From: an uncultured Bacteroidales bacterium
Lineage (GTDB): Bacteria; Bacteroidota; Bacteroidia; Bacteroidales; DASQZP01
Reading direction: 5' to 3'
Assembly: GCA_963783315.1 (NCBI GenBank)
Contig: CAWAMZ010000018.1
Coordinates: 12,107-76,106, forward strand
DNA: 64,000 nt
The notes beneath the pieces are model-generated. The model worked only from the letters and a program-made list of their open reading frames with translations. It searched no databases and was not told the origin of the DNA. Each line of letters starts with the position of its first letter. The first letter of the stretch is position 1. The translations under genes were made by a program, and so were the position numbers. This document shows positions 1-8,420 of the stretch, one piece after another.

Positions 1-1157
1 CGTCCATCTATACCTACCTGGAAAAACGATTTGGGTTCTGGTCCTATAAAACAGGTGCTGTCTTTTTTCTCCTGTCAAGAATAATAGGGGCTTCCTTCCG
101 GCTGTTCCTGGTAGCCAATGTGCTACAAATCACTGTTTTCGATGCCTGGGGAGTACCATTCTTTGCTACCGTGATCATCACCATTTTGCTGATTTGGCTT
201 TACACAAATAAAGGCGGGATACGCACTATAATATGGACAGATACCCTGCAGACCTTTTTTATGCTGGCCGCCATAATTGCAAGCATCATACTGATTACCA
301 AACAGCTAAATATGTCTTTTTCGGACATGACACATGCAATTGCAAACAGCAAGTATTCCAGGATATTCTTTTTTGAAAACTGGAATGGTGAAAAGCATTT
401 TGTCAAACAATTTCTGAGCGGTGCTTTTATCACTATTGTAATGACAGGTCTGGATCAGGATATGATGCAAAAAAACCTAAGCTGTCGTAATATTAAAGAT
501 GCCAAAAAAAACATGTACTGGTTCAGTCTGACCCTGATCCCGGTAAATCTTCTGTATTTGTCCCTGGGTGCTCTGCTTTACATATTTGCATCCCGGATCG
601 GACTGGCAATTCCTGAACACAGTGATGATTTATTTCCGTTAATAGCAACACAAGGTTACTTAAGTCCGGTGGTTGGAATTCTCTTCATCATCGGGTTGGT
701 TGCAGCGGCTTATTCCTCAGCAGATTCGGCACTTACAGCACTGACTACTTCATTTACCGTAGATATTGTTGGGATAAAAAATCTGACAGAGAAGCAAGCC
801 AAAAAACTACGGAAGAAGGTTCATATTCTGATCTCAGTCATACTGGTACTTGTGATCATTGTATTCAAGGCCATCAACAATGAAAGTGTGATCAGTGCGA
901 TTTTCAGAATTGCCGGCTACACCTACGGTCCCTTATTGGGACTCTATGCTTTTGGGTTGCTCACCAGCTACCAGATAAAGGAAAAATGGGTGCCCCTGGT
1001 GGCGCTACTTTCGCCACTCATCAGCCTGCTTATTTCCACCTATAGTGAAGAATGGTTCAATGGATATCATTTTGGTTTTGAACTACTTATCCTGAACGGA
1101 CTAATTACCATGCTGGGCTTATTTCTGCTGATCCGTCCTGGCAGAATCAGGGTTTAA
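1..1157 (+). CDS. sodium:solute symporter family transporter (5' end lies outside the window)
   Basis: Frame 3 is open from base 3 to the stop at 1155-1157, and the listed ORF 120..1157 is only the part after an internal Met. The protein is polytopic and hydrophobic with SSF-like segments (GLDQDMMQKNLSC, AAAYSSADSALTALTTS). Confidence 0.8.
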   Translation, partial: SIYTYLEKRFGFWSYKTGAVFFLLSRIIGASFRLFLVANVLQITVFDAWGVPFFATVIITILLIWLYTNKGGIRTIIWTDTLQTFFMLAAIIASIILITKQLNMSFSDMTHAIANSKYSRIFFFENWNGEKHFVKQFLSGAFITIVMTGLDQDMMQKNLSCRNIKDAKKNMYWFSLTLIPVNLLYLSLGALLYIFASRIGLAIPEHSDDLFPLIATQGYLSPVVGILFIIGLVAAAYSSADSALTALTTSFTVDIVGIKNLTEKQAKKLRKKVHILISVILVLVIIVFKAINNESVISAIFRIAGYTYGPLLGLYAFGLLTSYQIKEKWVPLVALLSPLISLLISTYSEEWFNGYHFGFELLILNGLITMLGLFLLIRPGRIRV

Positions 1158-1285
1158 TACCCCCGGACAACATGTTAATCTGAATAGTTGGGACTGTCAG
1201 ACACCTTCAAAAAGTAACAGAAACTACTTTCATATAATTTGTATCCCTTTCCTTCTGCAAAGTATGTTTTTCAGCATTTTACTTC

Positions 1286-1293
1286 TATCTTTG
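1286..1293 (+). promoter_or_regulatory. candidate Bacteroidetes -7 promoter box (TATCTTTG) for lysA
   Basis: Exact match to the TAnnTTTG -7 consensus of Bacteroidetes sigma-A promoters, 33 nt upstream of the ATG at 1326. It lies inside the upstream extension of the listed ORF, which argues for the shorter start. Confidence 0.35.
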
Positions 1294-1325
1294 TAATAAA
1301 TTTATCAACCTTCTTATACACGATT

Positions 1326-2615
1326 ATGAAGCTAATCAACAACAGGTACGAGATTGACGGGATAGCGGTAACCGATCTGTGTGAAAAATATGATACACCG
1401 CTTTATGTATATGAAACAGCTAAAATGGAAAAGCAGTACAAACGTCTGAAAAAAGCTTTCCAGTCGGTTGATATTACCATAAATTACGCAGCCAAAGCCC
1501 TTACAAATATTAATGTGCTTAAATTTTTCGCCAATCTTGGATCTGGTTTAGACGCCGTTTCGATTCAGGAAGTTGAGCTTGCACTTTTGGCTGGTTTTAA
1601 GAAAGAGTCAATCATCTACACACCCAATTGTGTTTCCATGGCAGAGATTGACAAGGTAGTAAGCATGGGTGTAAAAATAAATATTGACAACATCTCCATT
1701 CTTGAGCAGTTTGGCCACAAATACGGAAATAAGATACCAGTTTGCGTACGCATAAATCCCCATATTCTGGCGGGTGGCAACACAAAAATCTCTACCGGCC
1801 ACATTGATTCCAAGTTTGGAATTTCCATTTACCAGCTGCCCCATGCAGAGAGGGTTATTGCAGCCAACAACATGAAGGTTGAAGGATTGCACATGCACAC
1901 CGGCAGTGACATTCTGGATGTAGAAGTGTTTCTCCGGGCATCTGAAATTTTGCTTGAGACTGCCATGAAATTCCCTGACCTTAAGTATCTTGATCTGGGA
2001 AGTGGTTTTAAGGTAGCTTACAAACCAGATGATATATATACTGATATTGAGGATCTGGGTAAGAAACTTACAGAAAGGTTTAACCGTTTTTGTACAGATT
2101 ATGGCCGGGCACTCCGGCTTATTTTTGAACCAGGTAAATTTCTGGTCAGTGAAGCAGGATATTTTCTGGCCCGGGTAAATGTAGTGAAACAAACTCCTTC
2201 AACAGTTTTTGCCGGACTGGATACCGGCTTAAACCATCTCATACGCCCCATGTTCTATGATGCCTATCATCAGATCATCAATGTTTCCAAACCAAAGACT
2301 GATAATCCCCGGGTTTATACAGTTGTTGGCTATATTTGTGAAACAGATACATTTGGATGGAACAGAAAGATCCAGGAAATTTCAGAGGGTGACTATGTGG
2401 CCTTTTTGAATGCCGGAGCCTATTGTTTTACCATGGCCTCCAATTACAACTCGAGGCTGAAGCCTGCTGAAGTGCTTATTCACGGTGGAAAAGATTACCT
2501 GATCACCCAGCGTGAAACTATTGAAGATATTATCCGCAACCAGATTAATTATGATTTTTCGGCTGATAATAAGATGTTGACAACACCTGAAGAAAAACCT
2601 GCAGACGCAAAATAG
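1326..2615 (+). CDS. lysA: diaminopimelate decarboxylase
   Basis: Fold-type III PLP decarboxylase pattern: TPLYVYE near the N-terminus, INYAAKA (PLP lysine context), HMHTGS, EPGKFLV, CETDTF. The start is moved to the internal Met (MKLINNRYEIDG) because the upstream 29 codons look non-coding and contain a -7 box. Confidence 0.9.
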   Translation: MKLINNRYEIDGIAVTDLCEKYDTPLYVYETAKMEKQYKRLKKAFQSVDITINYAAKALTNINVLKFFANLGSGLDAVSIQEVELALLAGFKKESIIYTPNCVSMAEIDKVVSMGVKINIDNISILEQFGHKYGNKIPVCVRINPHILAGGNTKISTGHIDSKFGISIYQLPHAERVIAANNMKVEGLHMHTGSDILDVEVFLRASEILLETAMKFPDLKYLDLGSGFKVAYKPDDIYTDIEDLGKKLTERFNRFCTDYGRALRLIFEPGKFLVSEAGYFLARVNVVKQTPSTVFAGLDTGLNHLIRPMFYDAYHQIINVSKPKTDNPRVYTVVGYICETDTFGWNRKIQEISEGDYVAFLNAGAYCFTMASNYNSRLKPAEVLIHGGKDYLITQRETIEDIIRNQINYDFSADNKMLTTPEEKPADAK

Positions 2616-2738
2616 TTGTAATTCCCTTTTATTTGAACAGAAAATACTATTTTTACACAAGCTGCCGGCCACATTCAGATTACAATCCTGTGGCTGAAAA
2701 GCTTGTTAATAAAGGGAAATAAAACAGGAATTACAACT
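2614..2738. repeat. 125-nt nested inverted-repeat element directly abutting the lysA stop codon
   Basis: Outer arms are AGTTGTAATTCC-C-TTTTATTT (2614-2634) and AAATAAAA-CA-GGAATTACAACT (2717-2738), giving 12+8 bp complementary. Nested stems are ACAAGC/GCTTGT (2657-2662 / 2701-2706) and GCCACA/TGTGGC (2668-2673 / 2689-2694). No U-tract follows. Confidence 0.6.
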
Positions 2739-2793
2739 TAATGACCCAAGTAATCATGCAAATATCAGGTATGTATTACTCCAAATAGTAACA

Positions 2794-3729
2794 ATGAAGA
2801 AAATAGCCCTCTTATTTGTTTGTCTGATTTCACTCCTACCGCTAAAAGCCCAGGAAGAGACACCTGCAAATCTCACCACTTCAGCCTATAAGAAGATTCA
2901 TGATCAGGATTATCTGTTTGCTATACGGCTGTTCAATCAGGCCATCAGGATAAACCCGTCTTATGAAGAGGCCTGGATGGGCCGTGCAGAAGCTAAAAAT
3001 ATGATCGCTGAATACACATCGGCTCTCAATGACATTAATCAGGCGCTTTCTATCAACGCAAATAATCCAAAATCCTATTACCTGCGTGGAGATATCAGAC
3101 TCAACCTTAAGGATTATGAAATGGCTCTCAGCGATTTTAACAAGGCCCTGTCCATGAAACCTGAATATCCTGATGCCATTACAGGAAAAATACTGGCCTA
3201 TCATTTTTTAGAGCAGCCCAAAGAAGCGCAGGCTATTCTTGACCAGGCACTTAAAGACCGTCCCGATGCTCCTCAGTATTATTATGCCCAGGGTATGCTT
3301 GAAAACAAAAAAGAACGTTACGAAAAAGCAATTGAGTCATTTAACAAAGCCATACAGCTTGATCCTGATTACAATAAGTTTAATGTGCTATTGAACCGGG
3401 GCGTTTCCTATCTTGAACTGAAAGAATATGACAAAGCTGAAGAGGACCTGAATAAAGCTATTAAATCGGGCCCTGAAAAAGCAAGCGCTTATCATAGCAG
3501 AGGAAGGATTTACTACGAGCTGGGCGATTATGATCAGGCGATCAGGGATTTTAATAAATCAATTGAACTCAACCCTGATAATGATGTGACTTATTTTAAC
3601 CTCGGAATGACTTACTTCAGAAAAGAAGACCGGATCAGTGCGTGTGAAAATTTTGGAAAAGCCTGTTCAATGGGAAATAAAAATGCATGCAGAATGGTTT
3701 TAATGCAGTGTGGCCAAATTAAACAGTAA
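2794..3729 (+). CDS. secreted tetratricopeptide-repeat protein
   Basis: N-terminal signal peptide (MKKIALLFVCLISLLPLKAQ) followed by about 8 tandem 34-aa TPR units (recurrent A..Y/F..A...P.Y..A pattern) and a Cys-rich tail. Confidence 0.8.
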   Translation: MKKIALLFVCLISLLPLKAQEETPANLTTSAYKKIHDQDYLFAIRLFNQAIRINPSYEEAWMGRAEAKNMIAEYTSALNDINQALSINANNPKSYYLRGDIRLNLKDYEMALSDFNKALSMKPEYPDAITGKILAYHFLEQPKEAQAILDQALKDRPDAPQYYYAQGMLENKKERYEKAIESFNKAIQLDPDYNKFNVLLNRGVSYLELKEYDKAEEDLNKAIKSGPEKASAYHSRGRIYYELGDYDQAIRDFNKSIELNPDNDVTYFNLGMTYFRKEDRISACENFGKACSMGNKNACRMVLMQCGQIKQ

Positions 3730-3766
3730 CACTTCCGTTTTCAATAAAACCTCTTATTCATTTTTA

Positions 3767-5728
3767 ATGCAGCTCTCCATCATAATAGTAAATTACAATG
3801 TCAAACACTTTTTGGAGCAATGCCTGCATTCCGTTTACAAAGCCATTCACTCTGCTGAAGCCGAAATATTTGTCGTTGACAATAATTCTGTTGATGGTTC
3901 GTGTGCCATGGTGAGGGAAAAATTTCCCGGAGTACACTTGATAGAAAACAAGGAAAATACAGGCTTTTCCAAAGCGAATAACCAGGCAATCCGGCTGGCA
4001 TCGGGCAAGTACATATTATTGCTTAATCCTGATACCGTAGTTGAAGAACACACCTTTGATGCCTGTATCAGTTTTATGGAAGCACATCCTGAAGCAGGCG
4101 CCATGGGGGTAAAAATGATTGATGGTAAAGGTAACTTCCTTCCTGAATCAAAAAGAGCCCTGCCTACCCCTTCTGTGGCCTTCTTTAAAATTTTTGGACT
4201 TTCTGCGTTATTTCCCCATTCACCCATTTTCAGCAGGTATCATTTGGGTCATTTAAACACGGAAAAAACCCATGAAATAGAAATCCTTCCGGGCGCTTTC
4301 ATGTTCATCAGAAAAGAAGCCCTGGAAAAAACAGGACTTCTGGATGAAACTTTTTTTATGTATGGAGAAGATATTGATCTCTCCTGGCGGATCATTAAAG
4401 CCGGATACCGGAATTATTACCACCCGGGAACCACTATAATACATTACAAGGGGGAAAGTACCAAAAAAGGAAGCATTAATTATGTAGTGGTTTTTTATAA
4501 TGCTATGATTATTTTTGCCCGAAAGCACTTTTCCAAAAAAAATGCCCGTTTATTCAGTACACTGATTAATGCGGCGATATATTTCAGGGCAGGCTTGTCT
4601 ATCCTGAAAAGATTTTTCGGGAAAATACTGTTGCCATTGCTTGATTTTCTGTTTGTTTATGGAGGCTATTATTACTTAACACAGTATTATGAAAAGGTTA
4701 AGTTTGGCCACCCGGATAGCTACCCTACTGAATATCTGACAATTGTAGTGCCATCATATATACTTTTGTGGATGCTGTCCATATTTTTCAGTGGCGGGTA
4801 CGAACGATCTCCCAAACCAGGTAATGTAGGAAAAGGGATATTCAGTGGTACGATAATTCTGTTAATCGCCTATGCCCTTTTACCCGAGCATTTGCGATAT
4901 TCCAGGGCACTACTGTTGTTTGGTGCAGCATGGGCATTTATTGCTTCCCTGGGACTTCGTTTTTTACTGCACATATCCGGATTACTGGATTTCCGGGTCA
5001 AAAATGCAAGAAAAAACAAACTGGTAATAGTTGGCTATTATAAAGAGGCAGCCAGGGTAAATGATTTGCTCCTGCAGACTCAGATCAGGCAGGAAACAGT
5101 CGGATATGTTTGTCCTGACGAAGAAAAGCTGGACCATAATAATTATATTGGCTCACTCAGCCAGCTAAAAGATATCATCACAGTTAATAAAATCAACGAA
5201 ATAGTTTTTTGTGCAAAAGACCTGGAAGCACACCAGATCATCCGTAACATGCTTCAGCTTACTTCAGAAAAAGTGAATTTTAAAATTGCTCCACCGGAGA
5301 GTCTTTCAATAATCGGGAGCAATTCAATTAACACAGCCGGAGATTTGTATGTGGTTTCATTTGATTCGTTGGCAAAAGAGAAGAATAGACGTAAAAAAAG
5401 ACTGTTCGATATCTGGTCATCAGTTATTCTTCTGCTCGGAGCTCCGTTTCTGGTCTTTTACTTCAATAAACCCGGGACCTACCTGAAGAACTGTTTCAGG
5501 GTATTTTGGGGCAGGTTTACCTGGGTAGGATATTGTTTGGCAGAAAATATTAATACAAATCAATTGCCATCCATCCGCAAAGGAGTACTTTCTCCGGCTG
5601 ATAATATGTTAAAAAACAAATTGACAGCATCCTCCATTGAACGGTTAAATCTCTTGTATGCAAAAGAATACAGGGTTTATAACGACTTTGTTATCCTTTT
5701 CAAATCATTCAAAAAAATAGGAAGCTAA
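3767..5728 (+). CDS. family-2 glycosyltransferase fused to a multi-TM region and a degenerate polyprenyl-phosphate sugar-transferase-like C-terminus
   Basis: GT2 N-terminus (LSIIIVNYN, VVDNNSVDGS, NTGFSKANN, YGEDIDLSWR). Several TM helices follow. The C-terminal part resembles WbaP-type transferases (LVIVGYYKEA; KRLFDIWSSVILLL) but the catalytic core between the TM helix and the ...WVGY segment appears to be missing. The start is moved to MQLSIII (ATG 3767), which avoids overlap with the TPR gene. Confidence 0.7.
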   Translation: MQLSIIIVNYNVKHFLEQCLHSVYKAIHSAEAEIFVVDNNSVDGSCAMVREKFPGVHLIENKENTGFSKANNQAIRLASGKYILLLNPDTVVEEHTFDACISFMEAHPEAGAMGVKMIDGKGNFLPESKRALPTPSVAFFKIFGLSALFPHSPIFSRYHLGHLNTEKTHEIEILPGAFMFIRKEALEKTGLLDETFFMYGEDIDLSWRIIKAGYRNYYHPGTTIIHYKGESTKKGSINYVVVFYNAMIIFARKHFSKKNARLFSTLINAAIYFRAGLSILKRFFGKILLPLLDFLFVYGGYYYLTQYYEKVKFGHPDSYPTEYLTIVVPSYILLWMLSIFFSGGYERSPKPGNVGKGIFSGTIILLIAYALLPEHLRYSRALLLFGAAWAFIASLGLRFLLHISGLLDFRVKNARKNKLVIVGYYKEAARVNDLLLQTQIRQETVGYVCPDEEKLDHNNYIGSLSQLKDIITVNKINEIVFCAKDLEAHQIIRNMLQLTSEKVNFKIAPPESLSIIGSNSINTAGDLYVVSFDSLAKEKNRRKKRLFDIWSSVILLLGAPFLVFYFNKPGTYLKNCFRVFWGRFTWVGYCLAENINTNQLPSIRKGVLSPADNMLKNKLTASSIERLNLLYAKEYRVYNDFVILFKSFKKIGS

Positions 5729-5812
5729 AAACAAATACTGTTTAAGGCTGTTTGTAAACTGAGCAAGAATAAAATTTATGCCATAATTTAGCGTCCTGTA
5801 AAATTAATTGCT

Positions 5813-7180
5813 ATGCCCAATATAGAAATTGTTCTTCCCGCTATGGGGGAAGGAGTTATTGAAGCCACTATTACCCGATGGCTGGTTGATGAAGGAACAA
5901 TGGTTGAAGAAGATCAACCGTTGGTTGAGGTTGCTACCGATAAGGTTGATTCAGAACTTCCGGCCCCACAAAAAGGTATTCTTAAAAAACATCTTATTGA
6001 AGAAGAACAGATTGCAAAGGTAGGACAGGCCATTGCAATTTTTGAAACAGAAGGCGGAGAAGAAGAATCGCCTGATGATTCATCCCGTATTTTCACAGAA
6101 AAAGTACAAACCGAAGCAGGAAAGAAAACAGAAAATAAAGAAGCCCGTCAGCAGACATTCCCACAAAATACCTCCTTACATAATAACTGGCAGGAAGCGG
6201 ATGAAAGGACAATAATCAGGAATAAGGTTAAATATACTCCGGCCGGCGCCCCTGCGGATGCAGGAGACTTTACGCCTCCTAGCATTCAGAAGCTTGCCGG
6301 TGAATACGGCATTGAAAGCGACAAAATTGCAGCATTAAGAAAAGAACACCCGGCAGGCCTTACCAGGGAAATATTACTTGATTATGCCAGGGGACACAAA
6401 TCAAATGAACTTCCAAAATCCAGTAATCAGTCGCCGGCTCCCATTAAAAAAGAACAGATTTATGGTGGCGGAGAGTATGAGATTGTAGAGATGGACAGGA
6501 TGCGGAAACTTATTGCAGAAAATACTTCTTACTCTAAACATACCTCACCCCATGTTACTTCCTTCAGTGAAGCGGATCTGACTAACCTGTTCTTATGGCG
6601 GGAAAAGAACAAAGATGCCTTTTTCCGGAAATACGGAGAAAAGTTAACTTTTACTCCAATCTTAATTGAAGCCGCTGCCAGGGCAATTAAAGAATTTCCA
6701 ATGATCAACATCTCTGTTGATCATAATTTAATAATCAAAAAGAAAGAGATCAATATCGGAATGGCAACAGCTCTGTTAAATGGTAATCTTATTGTTCCTG
6801 TGATCAGAAACGCAGACACTCTGAGTCTTAGCGGCCTTGCATCAAACGTTAACAGCCTGGCAAAACGTGCCAGGGAAAACAAATTACTGCCTCACGAAGT
6901 AAAGGGCAGCACTTTTACGTTGACCAATCTTGGTGCCTTTGGTAACATTTCAGGCACACCGGTAATTAATCAGCCGGAAGTTGCCATACTGGCAACCGGA
7001 GCAATTAAGAAAAAACCCGCTGTTGTAAGCACTAAAAACGGAGATACAATTGGAATCCGGCATATAATGATACTGGCCCTTTCCTACGATCACCGGGTGA
7101 TTGATGGCGGACTGGGGGGTATGTTTCTGGAGAGAATTGCCAAACTTCTTGAACATTTTGATCTCAACAGTGAGATATGA
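5813..7180 (+). CDS. 2-oxoacid dehydrogenase complex E2 component (dihydrolipoyl acyltransferase)
   Basis: Lipoyl domain with VEVATDKVDSELPAP, a peripheral-subunit-binding-like segment (PSIQKLAGEYGIE) and a catalytic domain with the SYDHRVIDGG motif. Confidence 0.85.
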   Translation: MPNIEIVLPAMGEGVIEATITRWLVDEGTMVEEDQPLVEVATDKVDSELPAPQKGILKKHLIEEEQIAKVGQAIAIFETEGGEEESPDDSSRIFTEKVQTEAGKKTENKEARQQTFPQNTSLHNNWQEADERTIIRNKVKYTPAGAPADAGDFTPPSIQKLAGEYGIESDKIAALRKEHPAGLTREILLDYARGHKSNELPKSSNQSPAPIKKEQIYGGGEYEIVEMDRMRKLIAENTSYSKHTSPHVTSFSEADLTNLFLWREKNKDAFFRKYGEKLTFTPILIEAAARAIKEFPMINISVDHNLIIKKKEINIGMATALLNGNLIVPVIRNADTLSLSGLASNVNSLAKRARENKLLPHEVKGSTFTLTNLGAFGNISGTPVINQPEVAILATGAIKKKPAVVSTKNGDTIGIRHIMILALSYDHRVIDGGLGGMFLERIAKLLEHFDLNSEI

Positions 7181-7245
7181 TTGTTGCTTTGACCTTCAGG
7201 TAATAATCCTGACAAGTAATAATTTATATCCACTATACCCTGAAA

Positions 7246-8316
7246 TTATTCACCGGAGATTACTTTTTCCTGGTTCTTAGCAGGCAACAGAACTGAAGCC
7301 AGGATACTGACAGTTAGAATAGCAGCTATTATATAAAGTGAATAGATGGTTTTAAATCCAATGTTTTCCAGCCAGGTGTGCAGCAGAAGTTTAAGTCCTA
7401 CAAAAACAAGCAGTATGGCTATCCCAGATTTCAAAAACCTGAGAAGCTGAACCGTCCTGGAAATCAGGAAAAAGAGCGATCGTAACCCGATAATGGCAAA
7501 AATGTTTGAAAAAAACACGATGAACGGATCGCGTGTAACCGCAAATATAGCCGGAATAGAATCCATGGCAAAAATGAGATCCGAAAATTCAATCATCATC
7601 AGAACAATGAAAAGCGGAGTAATATAAAACTTCCCTGCTTTCCTGATAAAGAACCGGTCCTTTACATAGGCTGGAAAGACAGCAAAATTTTTTGACAAAA
7701 ATTTGACCATCCAATGGTTACGGGGTTCAATTTTCTCTTCTTTGTTTCTTTCGATGAACATCCTGCCCCCTGAAAAAACAAGAAAAGCTCCAAAAATTAG
7801 CAGTATCCACTCAAATCGATTTATAAGTGCTGCTCCGGTAAAAATAAAAATAAAGCGCAATACAATGGCTCCGAGAATACCCCAGAATAAAACATGTTTA
7901 TAATATTTTTCCCTCACATTAAAAGTATTCAGAATAAGCAGCATCACAAAAACATTGTCAATCGACAATGTATATTCGATCAGATATCCCGTGATAAATT
8001 CCGTGGCCAGGTTGTGCTGGTAAAGAAGAAGGTTTGACTCGAAACCACCGGCATTCAGTTTAAGTGACGGAGCATATTTGCTGCAAACTTCCTTTAACTC
8101 CTCCATTGAATTAATATCATGCAGCATGCCTCCGTATTGGTAGAAAAAAAGGTAAGCAAGCAGGGCGAATGAAATCCAGACCAATGTCCAGATAATAGAT
8201 TCCCGGAATTTGATAACATGGCTCTTCCGCCCTATAAACAACAGGTCAATAAACAGTATTCCCAGTATCAACACACTAAAACCACCAAATATCAAAAATT
8301 CCCTGCTCATCGACAT
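7246..8316 (-). CDS. TerC/Alx family integral membrane protein
   Basis: Polytopic protein with the TerC signature region YLIEYTLSIDNVFVMLLI and a second repeat (EFSDLIFAMDSIPAIFAVT). Confidence 0.8.
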   Translation of the reverse strand: MSMSREFLIFGGFSVLILGILFIDLLFIGRKSHVIKFRESIIWTLVWISFALLAYLFFYQYGGMLHDINSMEELKEVCSKYAPSLKLNAGGFESNLLLYQHNLATEFITGYLIEYTLSIDNVFVMLLILNTFNVREKYYKHVLFWGILGAIVLRFIFIFTGAALINRFEWILLIFGAFLVFSGGRMFIERNKEEKIEPRNHWMVKFLSKNFAVFPAYVKDRFFIRKAGKFYITPLFIVLMMIEFSDLIFAMDSIPAIFAVTRDPFIVFFSNIFAIIGLRSLFFLISRTVQLLRFLKSGIAILLVFVGLKLLLHTWLENIGFKTIYSLYIIAAILTVSILASVLLPAKNQEKVISGE

Positions 8317-8420
8317 AGTAAAATCATTTAAGTTAATTATGCTTAATCCACGGAGATATTGCCATACAATAGTATCCGCCTTATTTTGATTTTGAATTGT
8401 TCAAATGGTATATTTGCCCG

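Noticed and set aside
1239-1325. The N-terminal 29-codon extension of lysA in the ORF track (MYPFPSAKYVFQHFTSIFVINLSTFLYTI).
   Set aside because: The extension is hydrophobic junk-like sequence absent from DAP decarboxylases, and a TAnnTTTG promoter box lies inside it. The start was moved to 1326.
8317-8420. A yybP-ykoY (Mn2+) riboswitch upstream of the TerC-family gene. I also looked for a lysine riboswitch upstream of lysA (1158-1325) and a preQ1 riboswitch upstream of queD (38267-38400).
   Set aside because: The leaders are short (about 100-170 nt), very AT-rich, and lack the conserved G-rich cores and paired helices I recall for these classes. Only a covariance-model scan could settle it, but nothing is visible by eye.
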